NCBI RefSeq assembly: GCF_006345805.1 | Contig: NC_043023.1 | Location: 11,036,001 to 11,100,000, forward strand | Reading direction: 5' to 3' | DNA: 64,000 nucleotides | From: Octopus sinensis | Lineage: Eukaryota | Shown: positions 24,287-41,228 of the stretch, one piece after another | How the letters are laid out: the number at the start of each line of letters is the position of its first letter | Numbering within the stretch: position 1 is the first letter of the stretch | Program-made: the position numbers and the translations under genes | The notes under the pieces: model-generated | The model's input: the letters and a program-made list of their open reading frames with translations, nothing else | What the model was told of the DNA's origin: nothing | The model's database searches: none

Positions 24287-24481
24287 ATATATATACGACG
24301 GGCTTCTTTTCAGTTTCCGTCTACCAAATCCACTCACAAGGCTTTGGTCGGCCCGAGGCAATAGTAGAAGACACTTGCCCAAGGTTCCACGCAGTGGGAC
24401 TGGACCCGGAACCATGTGGTTGGTAAACAAGCTACTTACCACACAGCCATGCCTGCGTACTGAATTTTGGTAGTGAAATGG

Positions 24482-25546
<1,065 letters not shown>

Positions 25547-25852
25547 TTTCCTTAGACATTAAATAAGTACCAGTTACGCACTGGAGTCGATATAATCGAC
25601 TTAATCCGTTTGTCTGTCCTTGTTTGTCCTCTTTGTGTTTAGCCCCTTGTGGCTAGTAAAGAAATAGGTATTACGAATCATTCCTCTTGCTGGGGGGGAA
25701 TTGTACTACACCTATCAGATATAGCTGATATAAAATACTCACAAATATCCATTGATTTTGTATCATAAATAAAAATTTTAGAATCTTAACACATTTAACA
25801 ATTCAACATTTTAAGCAAGATTTCAAAAAATAAAATAGATTTTATTCTTGTT

Positions 25853-26035
25853 ATCGTGACGTGTATTTGCCATTTAAATATAGCTAACCCCTAATAGGGG
25901 GTGCTACTGTAGTTTGTAGCCCCAGGAGGACGCCTCCTCCAGCTGGCTTTAGAGGTGTCCTCCTGGGGCTACAAACTACAGTAGCATCCACCCTTAGGGA
26001 TTAGCCATATTTAAATGGCAAATATACGTCACGAT
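25853..26035. mobile_element. Hairpin MITE related to 13334-13538 (duplicate at 38953-39136)
   Basis: atcgtgacgtgtatttgcc...ggcaaatatacgtcacgat; shared core ctgtag(c/t)ttgtagccccaggag..ctccagctggc. Confidence 0.8.
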
Positions 26036-26550
26036 GTGTTGCAGCTACTTTTCATAACTCGCTCTAAGATTTATTCTTCTTGTTACGTCTGTGCAGAAAT
26101 AAAGTACGTTTCGCCATTTCTAATTCCGAGTCAGTTTTTTTAATTGCTATTTTATTTCCTGTGGAATCGCACCTTCGTTATAAATTACACTGAATTAAAT
26201 GTTACAGCAGGTAAGATATGATGCATACTTTTAGTAAAGATCATTAAGGTGATCTTAAGTGTAAGTTTTTAATTGTCTGAATTACTAAATATTTAAACAT
26301 AGACTTAACACTATCACTTGTTCGTTATGGATACGTATACTATGTTTGTGATTACATATATGCATGTGTGCTCTACGATTGAATCTTGCCAATACCCACA
26401 AATACCTCATAAATCCTCCTTTGTTTTTATTTCGTTTTTTAGACGTTATAGTGTACTTTACGGAAGATTTGGCTGTTGTTTCTAGCAGTTCGGAAAATCA
26501 TGTAAAGGTTTCGTCTTTGCTGATTTCCATGACAACAGACAGTTCCGAAC

Positions 26551-27370
26551 GGTTAATATAGGGCGTTACGCCTATCAGAAAATCAAAAAAAAAATGTGTG
26601 TAATAGGTGTAAAACAACTTCCTATGAACGAATATGAAAAAAAAAATTCGCGCACGCGAAAGGGGGGTGGGGGAGAGGCCTCGGAAAATTCACATCGGGA
26701 AGTTCCGAAAGCGTCTGAGGGGCTGACCCGGGCACCAAAACAAACAAAAAATAGTGTAATATGTGTAAAACAACTTGCTCTAAACGAATATGACAAAAAA
26801 TGTACAAAAATACGGAGTTTATGATTCATGTGTGAGTGTGTGTTCTTGATACTCGTTTAGAACAAGTAGTTTTACACCAATTACACTATTTTTTCTTAGT
26901 TTAAAGGCCGTGGACTGAAGATGTGAAATTTCCGAAGCCTCTCCCCCACCCCCCTTTCGCGAGCGCGCATTTTTTTCATGATAGTCGTTTAGAGCAAGTT
27001 GTTTTACACCTATTACGCTGTTTTTGTTTTTGTTTTTGTGCCCGGTTCAGACGCTTTCGGAAATTCCCGATATAAATTTTCCGAGGCCTCTCCCCCACCC
27101 CTCTTTCGCGAGTGCGCATTTTTTTTTGTCATATTCGTTTAGAGCAAGTTGTTTTACACATATTACACTATTTTTTTTTGTTTTGGTGCCCGGGTCAGCC
27201 CCTCAGACGCTTTCGGAACTTCCCGATGTGAATTTTCCGAGGCCTCTCCCCCACCCCCCTTTCGCGTGCGCGAATTTTTTTTTTCATATTCGTTCATAGG
27301 AAGTTGTTTTACACCTATTACACACATTTTTTTTTTGATTTTCTGATATTTGTTACGCCCTATATTAACC
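26551..27370. mobile_element. Chimeric long-TIR element at the duplication junction (left flank of B, right flank of A)
   Basis: Left flank TTCCGAAC (26543-26550), right flank CTTAAAAG (27371-27378). Confidence 0.92.
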
Positions 27371-30300
27371 CTTAAAAGATATGCACTGGTAGAGTTAAGA
27401 GTGAAGGTGAATAATATGCGCGCTCAGTATTTAAGGTTAGGGTTTCGCCGAAAACGGGTGGTGTGCGTATTCTTTACCTCCGCCAGGGTTGAGTAATGTC
27501 TGAGGTTTCGGTCAATGGCTAGTTGGAGTCAAGATATTAGGTAGTATATCTCGACTTTACACACAGAGAAAAACTAATCCTACGAGTATTTAGCGCCCGA
27601 GGGGCTTGCCCACCTTACACCTTACTTTAAATAATACGTTGTGGGTATAGGGCAGTTTCCAGAAGAAAAAAAAAAGTAATATAAAATGCTTATGTATTTG
27701 TATTATTTGTCTATAAAATAAATATAAGATTTTAAAATGTCAGCTTTTATTATATTCGTTATATATATTGTGAGTTATACTAGCCATCTCAAAATGTCTA
27801 ACCACTAAGGGTGGGTGTTACTGTAGCTTGTAGCCCCAGGAGAACATCGTCTCCAGCTGGCTTTAGGCACACTTTCTGTGCCCTTATGCCTAAAGCCAGC
27901 TGGAGACGATGTTCTCCTGGGGCTACAAGCTACAGTAACACCCACCCTTAGTGGTTAGCCATATTGAGATGGCTAGTATACCTCACATTGTCGTGCAGTT
28001 TACTGTTTACACCTCGTTCAGAGATTTATTATTGTTATATATATTATTACCGGTATAAATGAATATTACTAAGAAATATTACCAATCCCTGGCACATTGG
28101 GGGGGAAAAAAAAGGAACTGCCTCTAGATAGTTTAGGAAGCACTATTCTAGGGTGTCCTAACAGGTTTTAGATTCCAATTGGTGAAAAGGTCACAGCCAT
28201 CTTGGGTTTTTTCATTTACTTCGATTGTACATATAACACAGGACTCTTTCAGTTTCTGTCTTCCAAATCCACTCACAGGCTTTCGTCGACGAGGGGCTAT
28301 AGTAGAAAATACTTGCCCAAGATTCCACCGTGGGACTGAGGCAGGACCGTGTTGTTGAAAAGCAAGAGTCTTACCACAGGGCCACGCCCTTGTATTAAAC
28401 GATTTCAAAATATCACTGTTTGATTTGACCTCATTATTAAAAGGCGGCAAGTTAGCAGAAACGTTAGGGTGCAGGGCAAAATTCTGAGCGCCATTTCGTC
28501 TGTTTTTACGTTTTGAGTTCAAATGCTGCCGGAGGTTTCTTAGCCTCTCATTGTTCTAGTGTTGTTGAAATAAGTACTAGTTAATACTTATTTCTTTACG
28601 ACCCACAAGGGGCTAAACACAGAGAGGACAAACAAGGACAGACAAACGGATTAAGTCGATTATTTCGACCCCAGTGCGTAACTGGTACTTAATTTATCGA
28701 TCCCGAAAGGAAGACAGGCAAAGTCGACCTCGGCGGAATTTGAACTCAGAACGCAACGGCAGACAAAATACGGCTACGCATTTCGCCCGGCGTGCTAACG
28801 TTTCTGCCAGCTCGCCGCCTCTTTGCCAGGGGCAATATAATCGAGGTACTACTAGCGAACAGTGGTCCCGTCCCGGTGGGTGCACACACGCAGTCGCGCC
28901 TCCGCGCTAGCTAGTCGTGACTAGTCGACCCTACAACGGCTACCTAGCAAAGTAAATAAAACACAAAATAAGTAATTTTTTTACACAAAGCAAATAATTT
29001 TTGTTAAACAAAGTAAATAAAACACAAAAACACGAAGTAAATAATTTTTTAATTAAAGTAAATAAAACGCAAAAACAAAGTAAGGATCGACTAGTCATGA
29101 CTAGCTGGGTGCGGATGCGCGAGTACGCAAGAGCGCGCACCGGGACCACTGTTCGCTAGTAGTACCTATTTCTTTATTACCCACAAGGGGCTACACACAG
29201 AGGGGACAAACAAGGACAGACATAGTTATTAAGTCGATTACATCAACCCAGTGCGTAACTGGTACTTATTTAATCGACCCCGAAAGGATGAAAGGCAAAG
29301 TCGACCTCGGCGGAATTTGAACTCAGAACGTAGCGCTAGTATTACCTATAATCTCCTCCCTGAAATTGCTGATCTTGTGCCAAAATTTTAAACCAGTATT
29401 ACAACGGCCACGTTTCGTTTTGTAGTGTGGCCAAATGGCGGATGTGCGCACAATGAGTCCCACCCATTTGACTGACCTTTCCGGATTTGGTTTTTTATCC
29501 GGATTCCTATGCTTTCGAAGACGGTGATTCCGTCATCGAAAAACCATGTTTTCAAAATTTTTAACCCCGCAATTTTTTATTTTAAACTTTTTTTCGAAAT
29601 CTTTTTTTCAATCTACGTGAAAAAATACAGAGATTAAAAATATGGGAGGGGATGGGGAAAATAAATTTTGGCGATCCTTCGGTATAAGTACCGTAAGTGG
29701 CTTAGTTTACATTTCTGAAGATAACAGAAACCCTTTTCTCCTAAACTTATCACAAACCCTAACCCTAACCTTTTCCTTTTGAATGGCAGACAATTTCTAG
29801 TTAACTAAACACTTTAAAACTTCGTATACTGGTAGAATGTGTCAAAATAAAACATTTTTTTTTGTCTTGGCTCTCTTGAGAAAATTGTAATTTGTTTGTT
29901 TAACATAGTTTAATTTTTCGAATTTAAACCAATCCTATGGCCTCTTTTGAGCTAAAATCATTTGCTGCGTCTAAAACTGAGACAACATCCTGTAACTAAC
30001 CCTAAACCTCCCCCCTAACCCTAAATTTTTTTTCTTAATGTTAACTTAATTCAATTGCTACGCGTGTAAAAAAATCTAAAGCAATGGAATTAAATTAATT
30101 TAACAATTAAGAAAAAAAATTTAGGGTTAGGGGGAGGTTTAGGGTTAGTTACAGGATGTTGTCTCAGTTTTAGACGCAGCAAATGATTTTAGTTGAATGG
30201 AGGTAATCGATTGGTTAAAATTACCGAAATGCTCAGATTTTCAGACGAAATATCAAACAAACTATAGAATTTTCTCAAAGCCAAGAGAAAAAGATGTTTT

Positions 30301-33300
30301 ATAAACACATTCTACCAGTATACGAAGTTTAAAAGTGTTTAGTTAACTAGAAATTGTGTTGACATCTGCCGTTCAAAAGGAAAAGATCCCCCTTTTCTCC
30401 TAACCCTAACACAAACCCTAACCCCCCATATATAAAAAAAACAAACACTTTCTTGAAATGTATCCGGTACTTATAACGAAGTTACGCCCAAATTCTAATT
30501 GCAAATTTTTTTATGAAAAACTCCAAAATTTGTCCACTCCATCCCGCTGTTTAAAAGTGAAAATGAGCGAATGTTTTGTCCGTTTCTGCATGCATTGATT
30601 TATGGTGAAAAACAGCAAAAGGACTATGGCACGTGAAGCCCTCACCACGAAACTCGATATGCTAAAAATAACAGCTTAATGCCTTTTTTACTCTTTTACA
30701 TGTTTCAGTCATGCTGGAGCACCGCCTTTAATCAAGCAACTCGACCCCGGGACTTATTCTTTTGTAAGCCCAGTACTTATTCTATCGGTCTCTTTTGCCG
30801 AACCACTAAGTGATGGGGACATAAACACACCAGCATCAGTTGTCAAGCAATGCTAGGGGGACAAACACAGACACACAAACACACACACTCATATATATAT
30901 ATATATACACATATATACGACAGGCTTCTTTCAGTTTCCGTCTACCAAATCCACTTACAAGGCATTCGTCGGCCTGAGGCTACAGTAGAAGACACTTGCC
31001 CAAGGTGCCACGCAATGGGACTGAACCTGGAACCATGTGGTTGGTTAGCAAGCTCCTTACCACACAGCCACTCCTGCGCCTGGAGAATTTTTGTGTTTGT
31101 GTGTATGTGTTTGACTGAGGACTGGCCAGCCAGTAGGCTGCACCAGGCTCCAATCTGATCTGGAAAGGTTTCTACAGCTGGATGCCCTTGCTAATGCCAA
31201 CAACTCCCAGAGTGTAGTGGGTGCTTTTTACTTGCCTCTGGCATGGGAGCCAGTCAGGCTGCACTGTATATTACTTATACATGTGTGTGTGTGTGTGTAG
31301 ATTTATATACATATGATGAGCTTTTTAAAAAATTGTTTTTGTTTATTTTTCTAGCGCCTGTCTTTGAAAAAAGACATGGCGTTTATTCAGATTATGAAGA
31401 AAATTATTCAAGGTGACATTGAATATGTTGAAAAATTTATTCAAGAAAATAAAGTAAGTTAAATTTTCTGATGTTTTGTCAGAATTGATTATTTGTATAT
31501 TATTTTATACTTAGTATTAAGAGTTCCTGTGAAGGCACATGGCTCAGTGGTTAGAGCATCGAGCTTACAATCGTGAGGTTGTGAGTTCGAATCCCGGACC
31601 GGGCTGTATGTTGCAAGACACTTTATTTCACGCTGCTCCATTTAACTCAGCTGTAGAAATGAGTTGCGACATCACAGGTGCCAAGCTGTATCGGCCCCTT
31701 TGTCTTTCCCTTGGATAACATCGGTTGTATGGAGAGGGGCAGCTGGTATACATGAGCGACTGCTGTCCTTCCATAAACAACCTTGGCTAGACTTGTACCT
31801 TGGAGGGTAACTTTCTAGGTGCAATCTCATGATCATTCATGACCGAAGGGGGTCTCCCTATTAAGAGTTCCTAGGAGAGCAAGCTGGTAGAATTGTTTGC
31901 ACATTGAGCACATTTTGTTCATCTTTGTCCTGAGTTCAAATTCCACCAAGGTTAGCTTTGCATTTATCCTTTCAGGGTTGATAAAATATATAACAATCAA
32001 GCTCTGGGGTCAATGTAATCTACTTGCTTCCTCCCCTGAAACTGCTGGCCTTGTGCCAAAATTTGAATCCAGTATTTGGGGTTCTTAATTAATTGCATAT
32101 ATTTGTCTGTGATATTTTATTTGTCTTCAAATCTTACCTCTTCATCATTATTAGTTTTTATAAATTGTTAATGAAACCTTGAGTCATGCCACAGTCGATG
32201 GAATGGGAGTGTGGAAGCTGGTCATCATATTCTGAGAGGAAATATTCAGTCAAAGAGATGAGAGCTAGATGGAACCAATAGACAAGTTCCCCTGCCTCAC
32301 ACAGTTGAACGTTTTAAGAAATGTTCCATACTAAACATGAACCAATGACGAAATATATGGAATTCTAGCCTGGAGGGGGTTTTCGTATTAATTGTTTGGA
32401 CTTTGTGAACACATACCAATTGTTTTTATAAGATTTTTAACGCTTTGAATTAAATGTGACGATTTTTGCAAAGCCAGGCAATACTGCTAGTTGTGTATAT
32501 ATTTTTTCATTGTGTTGTATGGCATACTGAAAGATGTCTTGTACTCTTCTATATTTTAACATTCATCGATTTTCTCGCAGCTCAACATAGACAAACTTTC
32601 CATTATAGTCGTGGCATGCTATCTAGCAGAACAAGGTACAAACTTCTATCATCGAAACAACACCAATGCCACACCACTTGATGTCTCTGAGGACACAAAT
32701 TTAAAAGAGGAACTGAAAACATTTGTTTCAACTAGGTAAGTGATGTACTAAACCTTGCAAAATAAACCAGTGAGTTGTTGTGTCTTTTGTTTTTGTGCTT
32801 GAGAAAACCCGGCAAGCCAAATGAGACCATAACCTCATGGCCTATGCCAGGGGCAGAACCAGCCCACTTATGCGTACCTTTCCTTCTTTGGACACTAAAC
32901 TCTGCTTGCGAAGACCTGTTGAGGCAAGTGAAATCAAAATCAAATTTGATGACTGGCATCTGTGCTAGTGGGGCGTAAAGAGCACCATATTAGCGTGATC
33001 CTTGACACAGCAGCTAACTGGCTTCCGTGTCAGTGGCACATAAAAGGCACCATTCAAGCGTGATCTTACCAGTGTCGCCTTATTGGCACATGTAAAAACA
33101 TTCGAGCGAGGTTGTTGCCAGTACCACCTGACTGGCGCCTGTGCCAGTGGCACGTAAAAGCACCCACTACACTCTCGGATTGGTTGGCATTTGGAAGGGC
33201 ATCCAGCTGTAGGAACTCTGCCAGATCAAGACTGGAGCCTGGTGCAGCCATCTGGTTCGCCAGCCCTCAGTCAAATCGTCCAACCCATGCTAGCATAGAA

Positions 33301-36300
33301 AGCGGACGTTAAACGATGATGATGATGCTTATTGTCACTTGTGCCAATACATTTGTTACTGCTAATACTTCTTTCCATAACTCTACTGATTAAAGAAGGA
33401 ACTGTGTTGGTATCTTGATTAAATAGAGGTCAGTGTGTGTATGTTGCTCCCCGTATTACCTTTAATGATCCATTTCCCTGATTAACATTGGAAGAGTGAA
33501 GAAATGCTGATAAATCAAGAGTCATCCATACAAGAAACAACAGTTAACCCTTTTGATACAAATCCGGCTGTTCTCTGGCTCTGAGAACAAATGCCTTGTT
33601 TTCATAAGTTTTGAATTAAAGTCTTCCACCAAATCTTAATCACAATTTATGTTCCTAACACTAGCTTAATGATAACTAAGTTATTTTACTAAATTCTTTG
33701 TCAAATAAAATTGAAAGAAACAGAGCATCGCGACAGAAATATGGTAACAAAAGGCTTAAAATATATAATAGAGAAACAATTCTTAACCCTTTTCATACCA
33801 ACCTGGCTGAAACCAGCTCTGGCTCTGAGTACAAATGTCTTGTTTTCATAAGTTCTGAATTAAAATCTTCCCACCAAACATCAATCACAATTTATGTTCC
33901 TAACACTAGCTGAATGATAACTAAGTTATTTTACTAAATTCTTTGTTATATTTAAAGCAATTGAAAGAAACAGAGAGCATCTCAACAGAAATATGGTAAC
34001 AAAAGGGTTAAAATAAGGGATTGACAAAATCTAAGAGGGAACAGTAATGATGGTACAAGTTGTTGTCCATCAAGCTTTAAGAAACAACGTAGCTAGCTTA
34101 ATCTTTAATCACTGGATCACAAATCTATTTATAAATTACAACATTTCAATGAGATCTACACAGAATCACATCTCCTCAAGTAATTATCAAAACCCCTGTT
34201 AATCATTATAGATCATCTTATTTCACTATTTGATTTGGATTACCTTTGTAGAATCTCTTTATTACTCTTTTATTTGTTTCTGTCATATGACTGTGGCCAT
34301 GCTGGAGCACCGCCTTTGGTCAAGTTGCGCCGCAGGGTCTTGGAGGAGATAGTGTTAGTTGAAGGTGGCGAGCTGGCAGAATCGTTAGCACAGTGGGCGA
34401 AATGCGTGGCCGTATTTCGTCTGCCGCTACGTTCTGAGTTCAAATTCCGCCGAGGTCGACTTTGCCTTTCATCCTTTCGGGTCGATTAAATAAGTACCAG
34501 TTATGCACTGGGGTCGATGTAATCAACTTAATCCGTTTGTCTGTCCTTGTTGGTCCCTTCTATGTTTAGCCCCTTGTGGATAGTAAAGAAATAAGTGTTA
34601 GTTGAAGGCTACCAAACCTGACACACACAGACGACTTCAGCTTTTTGTATATATAGATTTCATCCCTAAGCAAGCATGTAATCGAGCCTAAATGGTTGAG
34701 TGTGTATGCATGGTCAAGAAGTTAAAGAGTTTGCTTCAGAATCCTGAAGGTCCTGGTTCAATTTTTAAAATACACTACATAAGATAGAGCAAGAGACAGT
34801 CTTCAGGAAAGTTGGGATAAAAAGTGTTAAAGTTCTACTTTTCTATCACTTTTTCTAAAGAACATTTACTCTTACTCTTTACTATTTTTACTTGTTTCAG
34901 TCATTTGACTGCGGCCATGCTGGAGCACCGCCTTTAATCGAGCAACTCGACACCGGGACTTATTCTTTTGTAAGCCCAGTACTTATTCTATCGGGCTCTT
35001 TTGCCGAACCGCTAAGTAACGGGGACATAAACACACCAGCATCGGTTGTCAAGCTATGCTAGGGGGACAAACACAGACACAAACACACACACGCATATAT
35101 ATATATATATACGACGGGCTTCTTTCAGTTTCCACCTACCAAATCCACTCACAAGGCATTGGTCAGCCCGGGGCTATAGCAGAAGACACTTGCCCAAGGT
35201 GCCACGCAGTAGGACTGAACCCGGAACCATGTGGTTGGTAAACAAGCTACTTACCACACAACCACTTGACTAATTTTTTTGTGAATTGTCTGATTCTAAT
35301 ATTTCTAATAAAATATACAGACACGGAATTGTATATTTCTCATTTCAGATGGATCCCAAGTTAATGTCATAGATTCCTGTCAGGTTCCCAGAGATGAATT
35401 TATGAGATTACAACTCAGAGAATAAACCAAATGTACAATATGTCAGCAGAGACGTTGGAACATAGTCTTTCAATGTGGCCACACCTCATGTAAAGAATGT
35501 GGAGAACAACTCAGTTATTGCCACATGTGTTGGTAACCTTTGAACAAAAGGATTGTTATATATTGACCATCTTTATTCTGGTTTTCTCTTTGCTTTATTG
35601 CTCGCCAATCTGAGAACTACCCCTGATCACATTAACCAGACAGCCACGTCCACCCTGTATGAGTTGGAACTTTAACCCCTTACCCAACAATTATTTTGAA
35701 AATAAATGTATTTTTTCAGACATATTTTTTAATTGTTTTATTTTACTATGTTTTGAATGGTGATTTCGAGGTATATTTCAAACCTTATTTATTATGAATT
35801 TTAATTCAATAATATTGATTTTAAATTACCGCTGTGGGCAGAAACGAGTTAACCGGTTTTTTTCATAAATCATATTACTTTTACAAAAAAATCATGTTAT
35901 TTTATTTGGTTATCGACATGGTGGGGTTATAATATAAAGGTATAAAAAAAAAACAACGTAAAAACAAAGTGAATACTTCTATTCATAAAAGGTGCCTTCC
36001 AACCCTTCGACTGTCTCCAGGTGACTAAATCATACTCGGTCTTCAATGCCTTACTCAAGTGAAAGGTGGCAGAAATCGTCACTGCCAGACGTATAAAGTG
36101 AGCGAATATACTCGTATATGTCAAAAAAGAGTTTATAATAGACAAAGGAACTCATTTGCTGTCGATTTTGGTGAGTCTATTTTTTGACAAGTTAACTCGC
36201 CAGAGATAGAAAAAAACGATTTCGGTCAAAACGCATATATTCGTTTCTGCCGGGTAAGGGGTTAACACATTTCTGAACATTTTTACCAAACAAGAGAAAA

Positions 36301-37261
36301 CTAAGAATATTTTAACAATATCATGAAGATTAATAAACCATTTGTGCATTTGTATCCTGTTCTTTTATAGCATGCACAAATGTGTGTGCTATAAAAATCA
36401 CAAATAATGAGCAAAATTTGAAGCAGGTCTCTTTTTTTATTTTTCGTTTGAAAATCAAAATCGAAATCGATCAACATCAATGGAAATTGTAGCTGTGATA
36501 CCAGTGCCGGTGGCACATAAGAGGACCATCCAAACGTGGCTGTTGCCAGCACTGCCCCAACTGGCCTCCGTGCCGGTGGCACGTAAAAAGCACCATCCGA
36601 TCGTGGCCGTTTGCCAGCCTCGTCTGGCACCTGTGCAGGTGTCATGTAAAAAGCACCATCTGATTGGGGCCGTTTGCCAGCCTCGTCTGGCACCTGTGCA
36701 GGTGGCACGTAAAAAGCACCATCTGATTGGGGCCGTTTGCCAGCCTCGTCTGGCACCTGTGCAGGTGGCACGTAAAAAGCACCCACAACACTCACGGATT
36801 GGTTGGCGTTAGGAAGGGCATCCAGCTGTAGAAACACTGCCAGATCGAACTGGAGCCTGGCGCAGCCTTCTGGCTTCCCAGATCCCGGTCGAACCGTCCA
36901 ACCCATGCTAGCATGGAAAACGGACGTTAAACGATGATGATGATCGTAATGATGCAGTTTCCCTCCTGTGAATATGTCAGTTTAGGTTCATGTAACTACT
37001 ACAAGATAAATTTACCACAGATGTACGATTTAGTGTACTCTCTTTACTCTTTTACTTGTTTCAGTCATTTGACTGCGGCCATGCTGGAGCACCACCTTTA
37101 ATCGAGCAACTCGACCCCGGGACTTATTTTTTTGTAAGCCCAGTACTTATTCTATCGGTCTCTTTTGCCAAACCACTAAGTAACGGGGACATAAACACAC
37201 CAGCATCGATTGTCAAGCAATGCTAGGGGGACAAACACAGAAACACAAACACACACACTCA

Positions 37262-37294
<33 letters not shown>

Positions 37295-37497
37295 ATATAT
37301 ATATATATATACGACGGGCTTCTTTTCAGTTTCCGTCTACCAAATCCACTCACAAGGCTTTGGTCGGCCCGAGGCAATAGTAGAAGACACTTGCCCAAGG
37401 TTCCACGCAGTGGGACTGGACCCGGAACCATGTGGTTGGTAAACAAGCTACTTACCACACAGCCATGCCTGCGTACTGAATTTTGGTAGTGAAATGG

Positions 37498-38646
<1,149 letters not shown>

Positions 38647-39651
38647 TTTCCTTAGACATTAAATAAGTACCAGTTATGCACTGGAGTCGATATAATCGAC
38701 TTAATCCGTTTGTCTGTCCTTGTTTGTCCTCTTTGTGTTTAGCCCCTTGTGGCTAGTAAAGAAATAGGTATTACGAATCATTCCTCTTGCTGGGGGGGAA
38801 TTGTACTACACCTATCAGATATAGCTGATATAAAATACTCACAAATATCCATTGATTTTGTATCATAAATAAAAATTTTAGAATCTTAACACATTTAACA
38901 ATTCGACATTTTAAGCAAGATTTCAAAAAATAAAATAGATTTTATTCTTGTTATCGTGACGTGTATTTGCCATTTAAATATGGCTAACCCCTAATAGGGG
39001 GGTGCTACTGTAGTTTGTAGCCCCAGGAGGACGCCTCCTCCAGCTGGCTTTAGAGGTGTCCTCCTGGGGCTACAAACTACAGTAGCATCCACCCTTAGGG
39101 ATTAGCCATATTTAAATGGCAAATATACGTCACGATGTGTTGCAGCTACTTTTCATAACTCGCTCTAAGATTTATTCTTCTTGTTACGTCTGTGCAGAAA
39201 TAAAGTACGTTTCGCCATTTCTAATTCCGAGTCAGTTTTTTTAATTGCTATTTTATTTCCTGTGGAATCGCACCTTCGTTATAAATTACACTGAATTAAA
39301 TGTTACAGCAGGTAAGATATGATGCATACTTTTAGTAAAGATCGTTAAGGTGATCTTAAGTGTAAGTTTTTAATTGTCTGAATTACTAAATATTTAAACA
39401 TAGACTTAACACTATCACTTGTTCGTTATGGATACGTATACTATGTTTGTGATTGCATATATGCATGTGTGCTCTACGATTGAATCTTGCCAATACCCAC
39501 AAATACCTCATAAATCCTCCTTTGTTTTTATTTCGTTTTTTAGACGTTATAGTGTACTTTACGGAAGATTTGGCTGTTGTTTCTAGCAGTTCGGAAAATC
39601 ATGTAAAGGTTTCGTCTTTGCTGATTTCCATGACAACAGACAGTTCCGAAC

Positions 39652-40469
39652 GGTTAATATAGGGCGTTACGCCTATCAGAAAATCAAAAAAAAAATGTGT
39701 GTAATAGGTGTAAAACAACTTCCTATGAACGAATATGAAAAAAAAAATTCGCGCACGCGAAAGGGGGGTGGGGGAGAGGCCTCAGAAAATTCACATCGGG
39801 AAGTTCCGAAAGCGTCTGAGGAGCTGACCCGGGCACCAAAACAAAAAAAAAATAGTGTAATATGTGTAAAACAACTTGCTCTAAACGAATATGACAAAAA
39901 ATGTACAAAAATACGGAGTTTATGATTGATGTGTGAGTGTGTGTTCTTGATACTCGTTTAGAACAAGTAGTTTTACACCAATTACACTATTTTTTCTTAG
40001 TTTAAAGGCCGTGGACTGAAGATGTGAAATTTCCGAAGCCTCTCCCCCACCCCCCTTTCGCGAGCGCGCATTTTTTTCATGATAGTCGTTTAGAGCAAGT
40101 TGTTTTACACCTATTACGCTGTTTTTGTTTTTGTTTTTGTGCCCGGTTCAGACGCTTTCGGAAATTCCCGATATAAATATTCCGAGGCCTCTCCCCACCC
40201 CTCTTTCGCGAGAGCGCATTTTTTTTGTCATATTCGTTTAGAGCAAGTTGTTTTACACATATTACACCATTTTTTTTTGTTTTGGTGCCCGGGTCAGCTC
40301 CTCAGACGCTTTCGGAACTTCCCGATGTGAATTTTCCGAGGCCTCTCCCCCACCCCCCTTTCGCGTGCGCGAATTTTTTTTATCATATTCGTTCATAGGA
40401 AGTTGTTTTACACCTATTACACACATTTTTTTTTTGATTTTCTGATAGACGTAACGCCCTATATTAACC
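39652..40469. mobile_element. Long-TIR element, copy B, 8-bp TSD TTCCGAAC
   Basis: GGTTAATATAGGGCG..CGCCCTATATTAACC; TSD at 39644-39651 and 40470-40477; lacks the spacer present in copy A. Confidence 0.92.
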
Positions 40470-40833
40470 TTCCGAACTACATTCTTTTATTCTTTTACTT
40501 GTTTCGGCATTTGACTGCGGCCATGCTGGAGCACCGCCTTTAATCGAGCAACTCGACCCCGGGACTTATTCTTTTGTAAGCCTATTACTTATTCTATCGG
40601 TCTCTTCTGTATAAATGTATTTTATTGGCTAAAATTACATAAATTTAAATGCTTGTGTTAATTATTATTATTATTAATTTGTAGAAAAAGAAAAGGCAGC
40701 TTGCTGGCAGAATCATTATCACGCCGTCTTACTGTTCTGAGTTCAAAATCTGCCGAGGTCGACTTCGCCTTTCATCCATCCGTTCAGTGTCTCTAAATCG
40801 GTCAAACTCCAGCAAAAAAAAAAAAAAAAATAC

Positions 40834-41228
40834 GGCGATCTTTCGTCTTAGTAGACATTTCCGTCGATTTCCGTAAAATTTTTTTTTTATATATATGGGC
40901 TTGCGGGAACTTTTGAAGTAATATACATACATATACACATACACCGAGTAAAAAATTTCAGTTATCTCTCTCTTTCACACATTACTCTCTCTGTCTCTTC
41001 ACACACACTAACAAAAGCACTTCACTTACACAACACTGTCTGTCTCCCACACATGTCCATCAATGCTCACATGCACGGTAACTTCAAAAGAACTTCCCTC
41101 GTCATACAATCGCTTTCTCTTAGTCTCTTTCGCTCTCATTACTTCAAAAGTTCCCGCAAGCCCATATGTAAACAAAAAAAAATTTTACGGAAATCGACGG
41201 AAAGGTCTACTAGAGACGAAAGATTGCC
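40834..41228. mobile_element. GG..CC TIR MITE, same family as 61187-61615
   Basis: ggcgatctttcgtc(t)tagtagac ... gtctactagagacgaaagattgcc. Confidence 0.8.
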
